DNA of 64,000 nt, from contig CM035350.1 of assembly GCA_020137815.1 (NCBI GenBank), positions 10,230,001 through 10,294,000 on the forward strand, in the 5' to 3' direction. This DNA is from Hormiphora californensis. Lineage: Eukaryota > Animalia > Ctenophora. Positions 50,663 to 62,600 of the stretch are shown one piece after another. How positions within the stretch are numbered: the stretch's first letter is position 1; every line of letters starts with the position of its first letter. The notes beneath the pieces were generated by a model. It was given only the letters and a program-made list of their open reading frames with translations, was not told the origin of the DNA and did not search any database. A program made the translations under genes and the position numbers.

Positions 50663-51133
50663 CTATATATCATCTTCTATCTAGAGAGAGATAGAGATAG
50701 AGACGGAGCGCTCCTCTAGATCCCTCCCTCTCTCTCTCCTCTCCTCTCTATCTACTCTCTCTCTCTCTTTCTTCTCTCTTTCTCTCTTTCTGCTCTCTTA
50801 CTTCTGCTGCTCTCACTCCTCCTATCTCTCTTCTCTCTATTTCCCTACATCTCTCAATCTCGTCTATGGTATCACAATGTGGGCAGCAGGTCTGCATTGT
50901 GTAACAATGCTGCACCAGCTGTTCCTTGCATTATCTCACGTGCCTATCAACATACCACCACCAGCAGCTGCAGATGGCCATGGGGGATTCTGGGAAGGAG
51001 ATTGGGCTCTCTGTTTAGGCGGGGATCTGGAAGAGAGAGAGAGAGGAGAGAGAGAGATAGAAGAGAGAGAGATAGAGGATGGGATATAGAGAGAGAGATA
51101 GAGAGAGAGACTAAGAGAAGAGAGATAGGAGAG

Positions 51134-51168
<35 letters not shown>

Positions 51169-51258
51169 AGGAGATAGAGAGGGGGGGCACTGCTGTTATG
51201 GTATCTGGAGGCGAGAGAGAGGAGAGAGTGTGGATTGGAGAGAGAGAGAGAGCAGCAT

Positions 51259-51304
<46 letters not shown>

Positions 51305-53028
51305 GGCAAGCTAGCAAGCAGCTAGCTTGGTCTTGGAGAGATCTCCTAGATCGCGAAGCTACAGGAGATAGCATCGTGGAGCGGGGTGTATTTTCTTAAT
51401 TCAGCCCCCGTCCCATATCTCATTCATGATTTCCCCCCACCCCTCCCCCCCTTTTTCACTTTTCTACCATTGATAATTCACACGTACCATCTAGCAAATA
51501 TTAGAGGGTATGTTGCTTAATTATCTGCGGAGCAAGGAGCTCATAAAAGATTGAGAGAGAGAGGGAGAGAGATAGAGAGATAAGAGACAGAGAGAGAAGA
51601 CAGAGAGAGAGAGACATATCTAGACAGATAGATCAGAGATAAGAGAGTATAGTTAGCTATAGAGATAGAGATATATCTCACTCGCTCGTCTCTCTTCTCT
51701 CTCTCTCTCTCCTCTCTCTCTCGCTCTCTCTACTCTCTCTCTCTCTCCTCTCTCCTCCTCTCTATGCTAGCTACTATTTTGGGACTGACTCATTTATGCC
51801 CACTATTCCATTTCCTCTTGTAATATCTGCTTTTTTTGTTGTTTTCAACATTTTTCTCTGCATTTTTATACTCTTCCTACGCTACCCTGATCTTGGTCTG
51901 TCTGGCGGCGCCCAATTTGATTCTCAAACTAACACGACAGTGCGCTCAGATGGGGTCGGCGGCGCCAGAAAGATCTCTTATTGACATTGTCCACCTGATT
52001 TGACAAAGATGCAAATGTACCGGGGCGGGCCGTTTGAGTCCTTGCTAATTTTTTGGCATTTTTAAAACCCCCAATTTGCCCTTGCCGGGCCCCCTTTTAA
52101 TTTAAACCTTAAAAAATTTGCGGAATTTTCCCGGGAAAGGGATTTAAAGAATTAGGGGGGGAAATTTTGGGGGGTCCCGGGGTCTTGGGGGATGAAGGAG
52201 GAACAATGGGGGGGGGGGAGTTCTGGGGAAGGGGGGGGTAGGGGGGGGGGGGAGGGGAAAAGGGAATTGGGGGGAGAAGGGGGGGGGGAAGGGGGTGGGG
52301 GGGGGGGGGAAAGGGGGGGGGGGGGGAAAAAGGGGTGGGGGGGGGGGGGGGGGGGGGGAGTGAGGGAGAAGATGGGGGTGGGGGGGGGAAGGGAAGGGGG
52401 GGGGGAAGGGGGGAGGTTAGGGGAGGGGGAGGTGTCCCCCCAGGATAGGGGGTAAAATTTGAGAATCAGGGGGTGGGTGGCCCCTTCCCCCATGTTTTAA
52501 AAAACCCATTTGAAAACCAAATTTTCTCTCCTTTAAAATTTTTGTACCCCCTTTTTTTTTTTAAAAAGGGGGTTTACCCCTGTCACCCGGGTAAACCCCT
52601 CCGCAAAAAAGGCTTTCCCTAGCCTTTTCTCGGGTAACAAAACTTAAATCCCTTGCATTTCTTTTTTTCCCTTTTTCTTCTCCTTCTTTCTTTTCTTCTC
52701 TCTCTCTCCTCTCTCCCCTCTTCTCTCTCTCCCCCCTTCCCCTTTTTTTTCCCCCCCTCTTTTCCCCTCTCCTTTTCCCCCAAACAATATTACAACCGCC
52801 TGGTTTTTTCACTGGGGCCCCCTTTTTTTCCCCTACCTCCCCCCTTTCCTTTCTCCGGTTGGATTTGCCCCCAGCCCCAATTTTGCCCCCCCCGGCACCC
52901 CACCCTCCCCGGCCCCCCCCCCCCCTGGAAAACCCCCCCCATTCCCCAAAGCTTCCCCCTGGAACCCCAGATTTCCCCTTACCAGATCCCACCAAAAGCC
53001 TGGTTCTTTTCGGGATATCCTGAGTAGG

Positions 53029-54099
53029 TTGGGTGTTTGCCTGGTAGGGTTCACCTGGGCCGCCATCTCCCGTCCCCTATCCTTCCTACACTTCACCTAT
53101 CTCTACCATAAGACATTCACTGCTCGGTGGGCGGGTGTTGGTGCTGTCATATTCCTACCCCTGGTGCCTCTGATCCTCCTGGTAAAGGCAGTCCTCCTCT
53201 CCAAGCTGTCCTTCCTCACCATGCTAGATGTAAATGATGAGGATCTGGAGAGCATGAGATTCTTCACCAATGACCTCTCCCCTGCCGTCAGCACCCTGTA
53301 TGACTACACCCAGGAGATGAGCAACTATGTGGCAAACTTCTATATCCTGGGCCCTAATGAGCTGGCTCTGAGGACCATGTATTGGGACACCCCCCTCACT
53401 ACCAAGAGGTTCTGGAGGGGACAACTCGTGGCGGCCGGTGCAGCAGTTCCCGAGTGCCTGGCAGAGTGGAATGAGGGTAGGTTGGAGATGGAGGTGGAGG
53501 AACTACCTGACAGGGTCCTGGTGAAGGTGGTAGATTCCTGTATGGGTGTGGGAGACAAGTTCCTGACACGGGGGACACACTACAACAGCAGGGTGGAGAT
53601 AGAAAGTTTGATGAAGGAGTCGTACGAGGGAAAGGGTTGTATACTACTCCGAGTTGTCCGGCCCCTGCCTCGGTTGGGGGTTCACTCTCTAGATATCCTA
53701 ACTGCCCGGGCCCCAGATGGTAGTGTGATGTTGGTTGATGTGATTGTGTGGTCAGGAAGTGCTACAGACTCCTCTCACTCTGCCACCAGAAGTCACATGA
53801 TACACCCTGAATCTGGGGAGTCGTGTAACTATGGGAGATGGTACAACCCCAACTTTGTAGGGACGGGTAATGAGGGTCTGGGCGTGGTATACCCTGGGGT
53901 AAAGGAGGCGGTCCAGCTGGCACTGTCTGCCCATCAGAACCTGCCCTATGATTGGTTGAAGGTGATTGGTTGGGACTGTATGATAACAGAGGACGGGAGT
54001 GTGGTGTTCTTCGAGGGGAACCTGGCCGCCTGGAGATGCCCCAGAAGACTGTTTTTAACTTTACCCAGCTTCATCTTCTTTGCTAGTTATCTAGCATAA
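53029..54099 (+). CDS. Membrane-anchored ATP-grasp protein (sugar-transfer-associated ATPgrasp_ST-like); no introns in the readable part, 5' end in low-quality sequence
   Basis: 356-aa open frame with hydrophobic N-terminal helices; VLVKVVDSCMGVG; HPESG; G..YPGVKEAVQLALSAH...LKVIGWDCMITEDGSVVFFEGN (ATP-grasp D...ExN). Confidence 0.8.
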   Translation: MGVCLVGFTWAAISRPLSFLHFTYLYHKTFTARWAGVGAVIFLPLVPLILLVKAVLLSKLSFLTMLDVNDEDLESMRFFTNDLSPAVSTLYDYTQEMSNYVANFYILGPNELALRTMYWDTPLTTKRFWRGQLVAAGAAVPECLAEWNEGRLEMEVEELPDRVLVKVVDSCMGVGDKFLTRGTHYNSRVEIESLMKESYEGKGCILLRVVRPLPRLGVHSLDILTARAPDGSVMLVDVIVWSGSATDSSHSATRSHMIHPESGESCNYGRWYNPNFVGTGNEGLGVVYPGVKEAVQLALSAHQNLPYDWLKVIGWDCMITEDGSVVFFEGNLAAWRCPRRLFLTLPSFIFFASYLA

Positions 54100-55122
54100 C
54101 ATTGTGTGTGTGTAGTGTGTATGTTGCTCATTATATTGCTCTATAAGTTGTAATTATTCCTGACATACTTTCTTTATTGACACAATATGTGATCATATAC
54201 TTTTCTGAGGAACACTCTTCAATATAATATGTGAATGCAGAACTCTCAGTCACACATGCGTCTCGAAAAAATTCCTCTCCCTATCCACTATCCCCTATAC
54301 TTGGTGACATAGACACCTGGCGCGACCTCCCGCCCCGCAGGAGAATGGGATGGTTGAGATAAAATGGAGGCGATGTAGGTAGGTACCATCATGTTACATC
54401 TGAGGGGGGGGGGTCGATTTCTTTCTGAATGCTACCAATTGTCTCTGATGGTGGAACAGTATTCTCACGGAAGGACGCTAGCAAGATTGGAATTGGAAGA
54501 CGTGAGAAATAAAGGGTGAGATAGAGGGATACAGAGAGATATATAGATAGATAGAGAGAGAAATAGAGATGGAGGAAGAGAGGGAGATATAGAGAGAGGG
54601 AATGTGCCGAGTGAGAGTTTGTGTGAGGTGGATTGATTAGTTATTGTACGGGTAGAATATGGGAGAGAGGACACCGTGAACACATCACTGCACAGGACAC
54701 TCAGGCTTCGAAGGTATAAGAAGAGAGAAAGAGAAAAAGAGAAAAAGAAAAGGAAAAAGAGAGAAAGAAGAGAGAAGAGAAGAGGAAAAGGGGGGGAGAA
54801 GAGGGGAGAAGAAAAGAAGATAAGAGAGAGAAAGGGGTTTTTTTTAAAAAACCCCCCCCCCCCCCCTTTTTTTTTTTTGGGTTTTTTTTTTTTTTTTTTT
54901 AGAGAAACCCTTAAAAAAAGTTTTTCCCACCCCCTCCTTTGCCGTAATCAGCTCTTTCCCTATATAGAGAAAGAAGGGGTTTTTCCCTTTAGCCCCCTAA
55001 GAAAAAAGGGGGGGTTGTTCACTAGGTTCCCCTTATCTCAACTACCCCCAAAAATCTAGATTGTCACGTGACTTTCTCCAATGATCACGTACACATCACA
55101 GTGTAGCAGCTTGTTCTTTCTC

Positions 55123-55157
<35 letters not shown>

Positions 55158-56062
55158 CTCTTCCCCTCTCTTTCGAGAAAAAGAAAAACAATAGTTTTAT
55201 CCCTTCTACAGAAGTCTTTGCTGAGGAGTGGGGCCCCTGTTCTTTATGCCAATTTTCAATCCCTCACTTCACGTGTAATTCTTGGATTTACAAGTGAGTT
55301 GAGTACAACACATGCTTGCATTCTCTCTCTCTCTCTCTCTCCTTCTTTTCCTTTTCTCTCCTCTCTCCTCCTCTCTCCTCTTTTCCCCCTCCCCCTCCCC
55401 CCTCCTCTTCTTTTTCGGTGACCAAAGTTCTTTTGCCTCTTTCCCCGGGGTTCTCTCTTTTTTTTATTCTTTTCTTCCAAATCCCGGGGGGTTAAAAAAA
55501 AAAGGGGGTTTTTTGCCCTTACCCAAAACCCCCCAAAATTTGGGTTTCTGATTTTTCCCAATACCCTAAAAAATTTGTTTTTGGGGTGTTTTTTCCCCCC
55601 TTTCTTCTTCTTTCCTTTCTTTTTCCTGGGGGGGGGGGGGGGGCCCCCGGGGGGGGGGGGGAAAATTTTCCCCTTTTCTTTTCCCTTTTAAACCCCTCTT
55701 TGTTTTTTGGTTTCGTTTTTGGTCCTCTGTTTTTCCCCCTTTTTTCTTCTTTTTTCTCTCCCTTTTTTTTTTTTTTCCCCCCCCCCCTCCCCCCCCCAAG
55801 GTTTTTAAAGTTAATTTTTTTTAAATCATAATCCATGTTAAAAATCTCTTTTTTTCTTCTTTTTTTCTCCTAGTCCGGGGGGGAATTTCCCCCCAAAAAA
55901 AATTTTTCGGTTTTTGAAAACATTTAAAGGGTAAAATAAAGGGGTTTTTTAAAAAAGGGTGGGGGGGGGTGGGGGGTGGGGGGGGGTTTTTTAAAAGGGG
56001 AAAAAGGTAAGCAGTTGCCAGTTGCTCGCCCGGGTTTTTTTGAACAAAGAGAAGTAGAAAGC

Positions 56063-56097
<35 letters not shown>

Positions 56098-56386
56098 TTT
56101 CTTCCCAAAATTCCGGGGAAAAGCAAAATTTAGGGGTTTGGGGAGGCAGTTACACCAAAAACAACAAAATTGTAGTACTAACCTGATTTATGGATAATTA
56201 GGTTTCAGGTTTCTTGACAAATTTGTGGGAGTGAAATTCTTGGGGGGAAAAAAGGGGGGTGGGGAAGGGGGTTTGTTGAGTAACCCCTTACTCAACAAAG
56301 AGGGGGTTTTTAACAATGTGAATGTGGTGGGTTTATACGATAATACAACAATAAGCGCTTCAGAACTATCTTTCTTTTAATTCAAG

Positions 56387-58430
56387 ATGAGCTATAAATA
56401 AGAACTACACAATTGACAGGCCACCCTCACTAATCACTTTATCATCAGGTAGTTACAGTTCTGTCAAGGAGGCAGTACAGAATTATAAGATTACCCACAT
56501 AATAAACTGTACCAGGGACCCCGTCCCTTTTTAAAAAACGTTCAATTTCCCACGGTTTTTAATTGTTGTCAGTTTTGTTCGACCCTGTTTCACCACTGCC
56601 CAAATGTTGTATGAAAAAAACGAGCGGTGGGTTTTTCCCAAAAAAAACTCGATCAAAATAAATCTTCAAACGGGTTCCCCCCCACGCCTCTTTTCCCCAA
56701 CAGGGTATCTGTTGATGATCAGCCAGCGGTAAAGATTGGTAAACATTTTGATAAGATAACCAGTAAAATGTTCGATACGATTAAAACTGGTGGAAAAGTC
56801 ATGGTCATCTGTAGAGCAGGTAAATCTTAATCTATACCCTAGATTTGTAAAAATATTGCCTGTTAAATTGACGATTCGAGAAAATTTTCTCGCTTGAATT
56901 TGCGATTCGGGAAAGTTTTCTCGCTTAGATTTGCGATTCGAGAAAATTTTCTCGCTTAGATTTGCGATACGGGAAAAAAAATGTTCGCTTAGGTTTGCGA
57001 TTCGGGAAAATAAATGTTCGCTTAGATTTGCGATTAGGAAAATTTTTCTCGCTTAGATAGATTTGCGATTCGGAAAAAAATGTTCGCTTAGATTTGCGAT
57101 TCGGCAAAATTTTCTCGCTAAGATTCCCGATTCGGGAAAAAATGTTCGTTTAGTTTTGCGATTCGGGAGAATTTTCTCGCTAAGGTTCACGATTCGGGAG
57201 AAAAAAAAAACCGCTTAGATTTGCGATTCGGGATTTTTTTTTCGCTTAGATTTGCGGTTCGGAAAAAAAATGCTCTCTTGGATTTTCGATTCGGGAAAAT
57301 TTTCTCGCTCAGATTTGCGATTCGGAAAACTTTCTCGCTTAGATGTTCGCTTAGATTTTCGATTCGGGAAAATTTTCAAGTTCAGATTTTCGATTCAGGA
57401 AAATTTTCAAGCTTGGATTTGCGATTCGGAAAACTTTCTCGCTTAGATTCCCGATTCGGGGAAAAAACGTTCGCTTAGATTTTTCGATTCGGGAAAATTT
57501 TCAAGCTTGGATTTGCGATTCGGGAAAAAATGTTTTCTCGCTAAGATTTGCGATTCGGAAAAAAATGTTCGCTAAGATTTGCAATTCGTGAAAATTTTCT
57601 CGCTTAAATTTGCGATTCGGGAAATTTTTCTCGCTTAGATTTGCGATTCGGGAAATTTTTCTCGCTTAGATTTGCGATTCGGGAAATTTTTCTCGCTTAG
57701 ATTTGCGATTCAGGAAAAAATTGTTCGCTTAGATTTGCGATTCGGGAAATTTTTCTAGCTTAGATTTGCAATTCGGGAAATTTTTTTCCCCTTAGATTTG
57801 GGAATTCCCGGAAAAAAAAATTCGCTAAGATTTTCGATTCGGGGGAAATTTTTTCTAAAAAAACCCTTAGGATTTGGGGAATTTTTGGGGAAAGGGGGTT
57901 TTTTGGGGTTTAAAGTGGCACCAAAAAACTTTTCCTTGTTTAAAACCCCTTTCCTCCCTCCTGGGCCCCTTGGGGAACAAAACAACACCATAAGGGGCCT
58001 TTTGTGGGGCATTTACTTTCCGGGCAAAACCAAAATATGGGCATACTTTAACCTTTTTTCCCCCGGGTAAGGGGGTCTACACAAAGGGGCTCTCCTATTT
58101 GATGAAACACAAATGTTTTTGTTTGATGTCCCCCCTCCTTTTAAAATTTACAACTCCCAAGGGGAAATAAACAGCTGGTAGTGCGAAAAATTTCCCAACC
58201 CTAATTTCCCCCCCCGCACTCTCGGTCCCCCCGCACCCCTCTCTCGCTCTTCGGGGCCCCCCTTTTTTCGCCCCCGGAATTCATTTCCCGGGGGGGGGGC
58301 CCCCTTTTCCCCCCCCAAGGCCACCCCCCTTTTCCCCGGGGGGCTTTTCTTTTCCAAACCTCATCAGGTCCGGGCCGACTGATGGATTCTGGGGGTCAAA
58401 ATGATTGGAAATACGAGTGGGGAAATCTTC
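56387..58430 (+). CDS. Atypical dual-specificity phosphatase (DUSP14/18-like), fragmentary because of assembly errors
   Basis: KITHIINCT (~56490); RVSVDDQPAVKIGKHFDKIT...GGKVMVICRAG| (56704-56819); garbled AYLMK-like and RP..GFW..-like pieces at ~58070-58420. Confidence 0.7.
56868..57850. repeat. ~31-bp satellite (cgcttagatttgcgattcgggaaatttttct) in the DUSP intron
   Basis: About 30 diverged tandem copies. Confidence 0.95.
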
Positions 58431-59677
58431 AAGAGGGGACTAATTTAAGGGCAAGGGGAAATTTGGGCGGTTTGGGGGTTTCCCTCTGTTCATCTCAACT
58501 GAAAATACGACCCAGTATCGAGTTTTAAAAAACACACAAATCTTTTTGGGTGGGGGAAATTTTTGGGGAAAAAGTGAGAGGAAAAGGGAAAAGGGGGGTT
58601 TGCCAAACAAATGTTGACAATGTTTTGGGTGTATCATTGGGAAAGCCCGAAAAATTTTAAAAACTAAATTTTTTTTTTGTTATAATGAGACAGTAATAAC
58701 TTACCCTTTCCGTTAATACCAAGAACCATCATTGTACACTGTACAGTGTATCATTGCAACGAAATTTAATTTCCCTGAAAGTGGGGGTTAAATTTGTGCT
58801 GAAAAAGGGGAAAAATAAAATTTGGGGGGGAATGCCCGGTGTTTTAAAAAAAAAACAATTTGGGAAAGGAAATTTAAAAATACCAAATACCCGGCCCAAG
58901 CTAGATGATAAACTATCTATTAGATCACGTTGCTGTCGTGGTGGGAAAAAAGCATTTCATTCAGCCTGTTTGTTAGTCCGATTTCTCCCTGGGGGCCCTT
59001 TTGGGGGTTTCCCCGCCAGATTTAGTGCCCGTTTTCCCAAAGACAGACAGGGTAACCAAAACTAAAACTGAAAATCAAGTCAAAAAGCACTGTTCACCCC
59101 AACCCCTAGGGACGATATATTAGATTAGAAAATAATAAACACGAGGTTTTATAAATCTGCTGAGTAAGCAAAAAATAAAAAAAAAAACATTAAAAATGTT
59201 CCTTTCCTTTTTCCTCCTTGTCATGTGCTTGAAAACTATCCTCCCCGCGCTTTGTTTAAAAAGCTCAGTTCGTTCCCCTTTTATTCCCCCGGGGGGGGGA
59301 GAGGGGAGGGGAGAGAAAAGAGGGAAGGGAGAAAGGGGGGGAGAGGGAAAAAGAAAAGGGGAAAAAAAAAAGGGGGGGGGGGGGAAAAAAAAAAAAATTT
59401 TTAAAACCCAAAAAATTTTGTCACCTGACCCTATTTTAAATTTCAGAATAAACTAAGTGGAAATGGTTATGTAGGGTTCTTGGTTTGTTTTTTTGTCCCC
59501 TATACCTTTTTGGGGTAGTTCGATGTATACAAATTTTGCATTGTAGGGGTGTGTGGGGGTTTTCCCCGTTCCCCAGGGGCGAAGGTTTCTTGGGATTGTT
59601 TAAAAGTGGTAGTTTTCCTTTTTTTTCCAAATTTGGGTTTCCAGTAAAAATATAGTGAGGCTAGTTACCATGGTTAC

Positions 59678-62600
59678 CTGAACAAGAATGCGTTTTGCTT
59701 TGTTGAGATCCCTCTTGATACACTGTTTCCCGGCCCCCATTTTTCAGGATTAATCGGCCCAAAAGATCTCCTTTAGATCTTTCCCCCCTTTTTACAGTCA
59801 CACTAACCCCTATTGCAGAGTTGTTTTTTAGATAAAGGAGGGGGGCGCCCGTTTAGTATAGAGGGGCCACCCCCACCACCCCAGGCTGGGGCCACCACTG
59901 GGGCCGGAATAGAGGGGTCGCCACTCGCCACTAAGAGTGTCAACTGTCATGTATGTGTATGTGTGTGTTACCTTGTTTTGCAGTAGCAGCGGAGCTTTGT
60001 TTGATCCTGTCAACCAGTTCAGGAGAGAGACAGGATGTTGCTTCAAAGGTCTTGTCCAGTAGTATGTTAGCCTCTGCTGCATAGATACAACCCAGTAGGC
60101 GGAGGTCTACAGGAGCTGTCCCCTAGTTCGATTAGGGCCTGGGCAGGCTGAATGGCCTGAAGAGGGTCCCCCAACTCGAGCCAGACATATGCCAGATTGC
60201 AGAGCACTGAGGCCCTCAGCCCTGATGGGTTCTTTACAGGAGCTGCCGGCAGACACTTTACACTGAAGGAAAGGTAGTGAATAGTGATACAAATGTTCTG
60301 GAATGAGGGATGCCATTATAGGGGATCAGATATTAAGGGGATCAGATATCGTTTCTCCACTAAAAAGTAATCTCCACACTACATGATACGTACCTCTCAG
60401 CACCAGGCGGTAACAAGTCCAGTGCGTTGTTGAGGCACAATACAGCGTAGGTTAAACTTGGCGTGGGCCCATCGTTCAGCAAACTGGCACTGTAAAATGT
60501 TTTTATTTTACAAACCGGCGCTGCAAAATGTTTTATTTTACAAACCGGCGCTGTAAAATGTTTATATTTTACAAACCGGTACTGTAAAATGTTTTTATTT
60601 TACAAACCGGCGCTGCAAAATGTTTTTATTTTAGTTTTACAGACGTGTCGTTGTTTTTTGTAACTCTCTACTCACTAGAAAGTTTGGAACCTGTCACTGA
60701 GTGGGCCTGTATAACTATAAAACAGTGACAGCTATCAAATCTTTGTGTTTTTTTCTGCAGAACTATACCCAACAATATGTTGTGTTAATATATTCATTTC
60801 CTATAGGATGAACGATACATTAGTAACCTCACTGAGGCCGGGTGTTATTGCCCTGCTATGTACCAGTCCTCCTTTATCCCTCCTGGCCATGATAACCCTG
60901 GTAATGAGGCAATCCATATCCTGCAATAAGATATATATCTACATGGTATCTCTAGACTTCCTTTCCATCCTCTCTGGGTGCCTCTACCTGGCCCACAACC
61001 ACGCCTTCAACTTCACATCCATGGTTGACTACTACAGTATGTTGACCCTGTTTCTCGGTCTGGCTGTGGTCAGATTGAGGCTGTTCCAGGGACCCGTGGG
61101 TTTGATATCAGAGGTCCTGGTGATCACAGGATCACTACTAACCGGGGTCAGTGTTGCTATATTCCACACCCATCAAGGAATGGAGGATGATATGATCACC
61201 ACTCTCGTCCAGGCATGGGTGTTCCTCGTTGCTATGGCAGTCACCACAGTCCTCAATGCCATCCTGGTGATACGACTCTGTGCCTTCATCTCTGAACACG
61301 GTGCTACAGAACATAGAGCAGCACACATCGTCTCCATTATCCTGTTCATCAACTACATCATCTTCCATCTCTTCCCCGTTGCAGTGGAGATAAGGAGAAT
61401 TCTGGGTCTCCAAGGAGAGGGGAGATGTGCAGGGATAGAGGCCGGATCGTGGTGGTATAAAGTGTTTTGTACATCAGAGGGCAGGCATTCCTTCATGATA
61501 CTATCCATGCTGAGCCTCTCTGTTACCAATAGCATGATCCTTCTGCTTCAATCTCAGAGCAGACACGCTTTGAGACGGTTCTACCACTCTCTCAGGTCCA
61601 GAGTCAGAGAGTTCTGGGCTTCTGAATCTAGCTACCAGTACAGACAAATATAATGCAGCAGCAGACAATCCCGTGTGTGTGTGTGTGTGTAACAAAGAAC
61701 TAATTCCTTTTTTACTTTGAACATTGTGAAAGTGAACTGTATTTCTAAAACTCGTGTTTTGTTCAAGTTTAGTTGTTTACCTTGTGCGAAGGGATTTCTG
61801 TTGAAATCCCGTGTTAAGGATGGTTTTCCTGTACGTTCCACTTCCAACAATACACTTCACAGTGCTGCTGTGGGTCGAGGGAGGGCTAGCAGCCTTCTTC
61901 TCTTTACACGCTCCAATAGCACACTCTGCTATCCGGAGCCACAACCTCGGGTTCCTAGTGTAGACACTGGCTGCTTCAGTGAGACAGTTGAACGCTGCAT
62001 TAGGCTGTCCTGGAGAGAGGAGGATATGAGATATGATAATGATATCACGAAATGGTAAAGTGTCACCCTCTCTCTGTTTCATACCAGTGTGGAGAAGTAG
62101 AATCCCATAGTTGTATAGTAGCTGGTAATAGTGGTTAACGCTGTACACTGCACTTGTATTACCTGGAGGGTGGTTAGAATGGTGACTGAGACCCGGTGAG
62201 ACAAAATGGGTGGGACGGCCCCGAGATTCACAACTTCTGTATTCCCCAATCTTGGATTCGAATGTGCGCGCGAGAGAGATCACCATTACCATATCGCGCG
62301 CTCCGTCAATGAAGACAGAAAAGTGTGCCACTGAGTGTGCCAAAAAGGTACCTTTTGGGAGGGACTTCACCGCTTTAGAGTTCGCCTCCAATGCCTGGCT
62401 GAGATACAGTGCTCCCAAGTTGTATTTTCTCATCTGAGGATAGTTTTAGATCAGGGGACAAGTATTTATTAAAACGAGTCAAAAGAAGTTATTAAAAGGA
62501 CTGCTACAAGAAATAATATTTTGAGTGCTGACTCTGTCTCACCGCGGGCCCTCTACATATTTAAAGGTTAGAACATAACAACTAAGTGTTGAGTGCTAAG

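Noticed and set aside
50620-53020. Gly/Pro/Glu-Arg-rich ORFs and G-run tracts
   Set aside because: Homopolymer- and dinucleotide-rich degraded sequence typical of low-quality read ends.
59664-59677. X-box-like GTTACCATGGTTAC
   Set aside because: It coincides with a CNOT10 splice donor rather than a promoter. This shows such motifs can occur without a regulatory context and tempers the X-box calls.
54700-59900. Numerous Lys/Phe/Gly/Pro-rich ORFs
   Set aside because: Same low-quality signature. Only the DUSP and CNOT10 fragments are recognisable.
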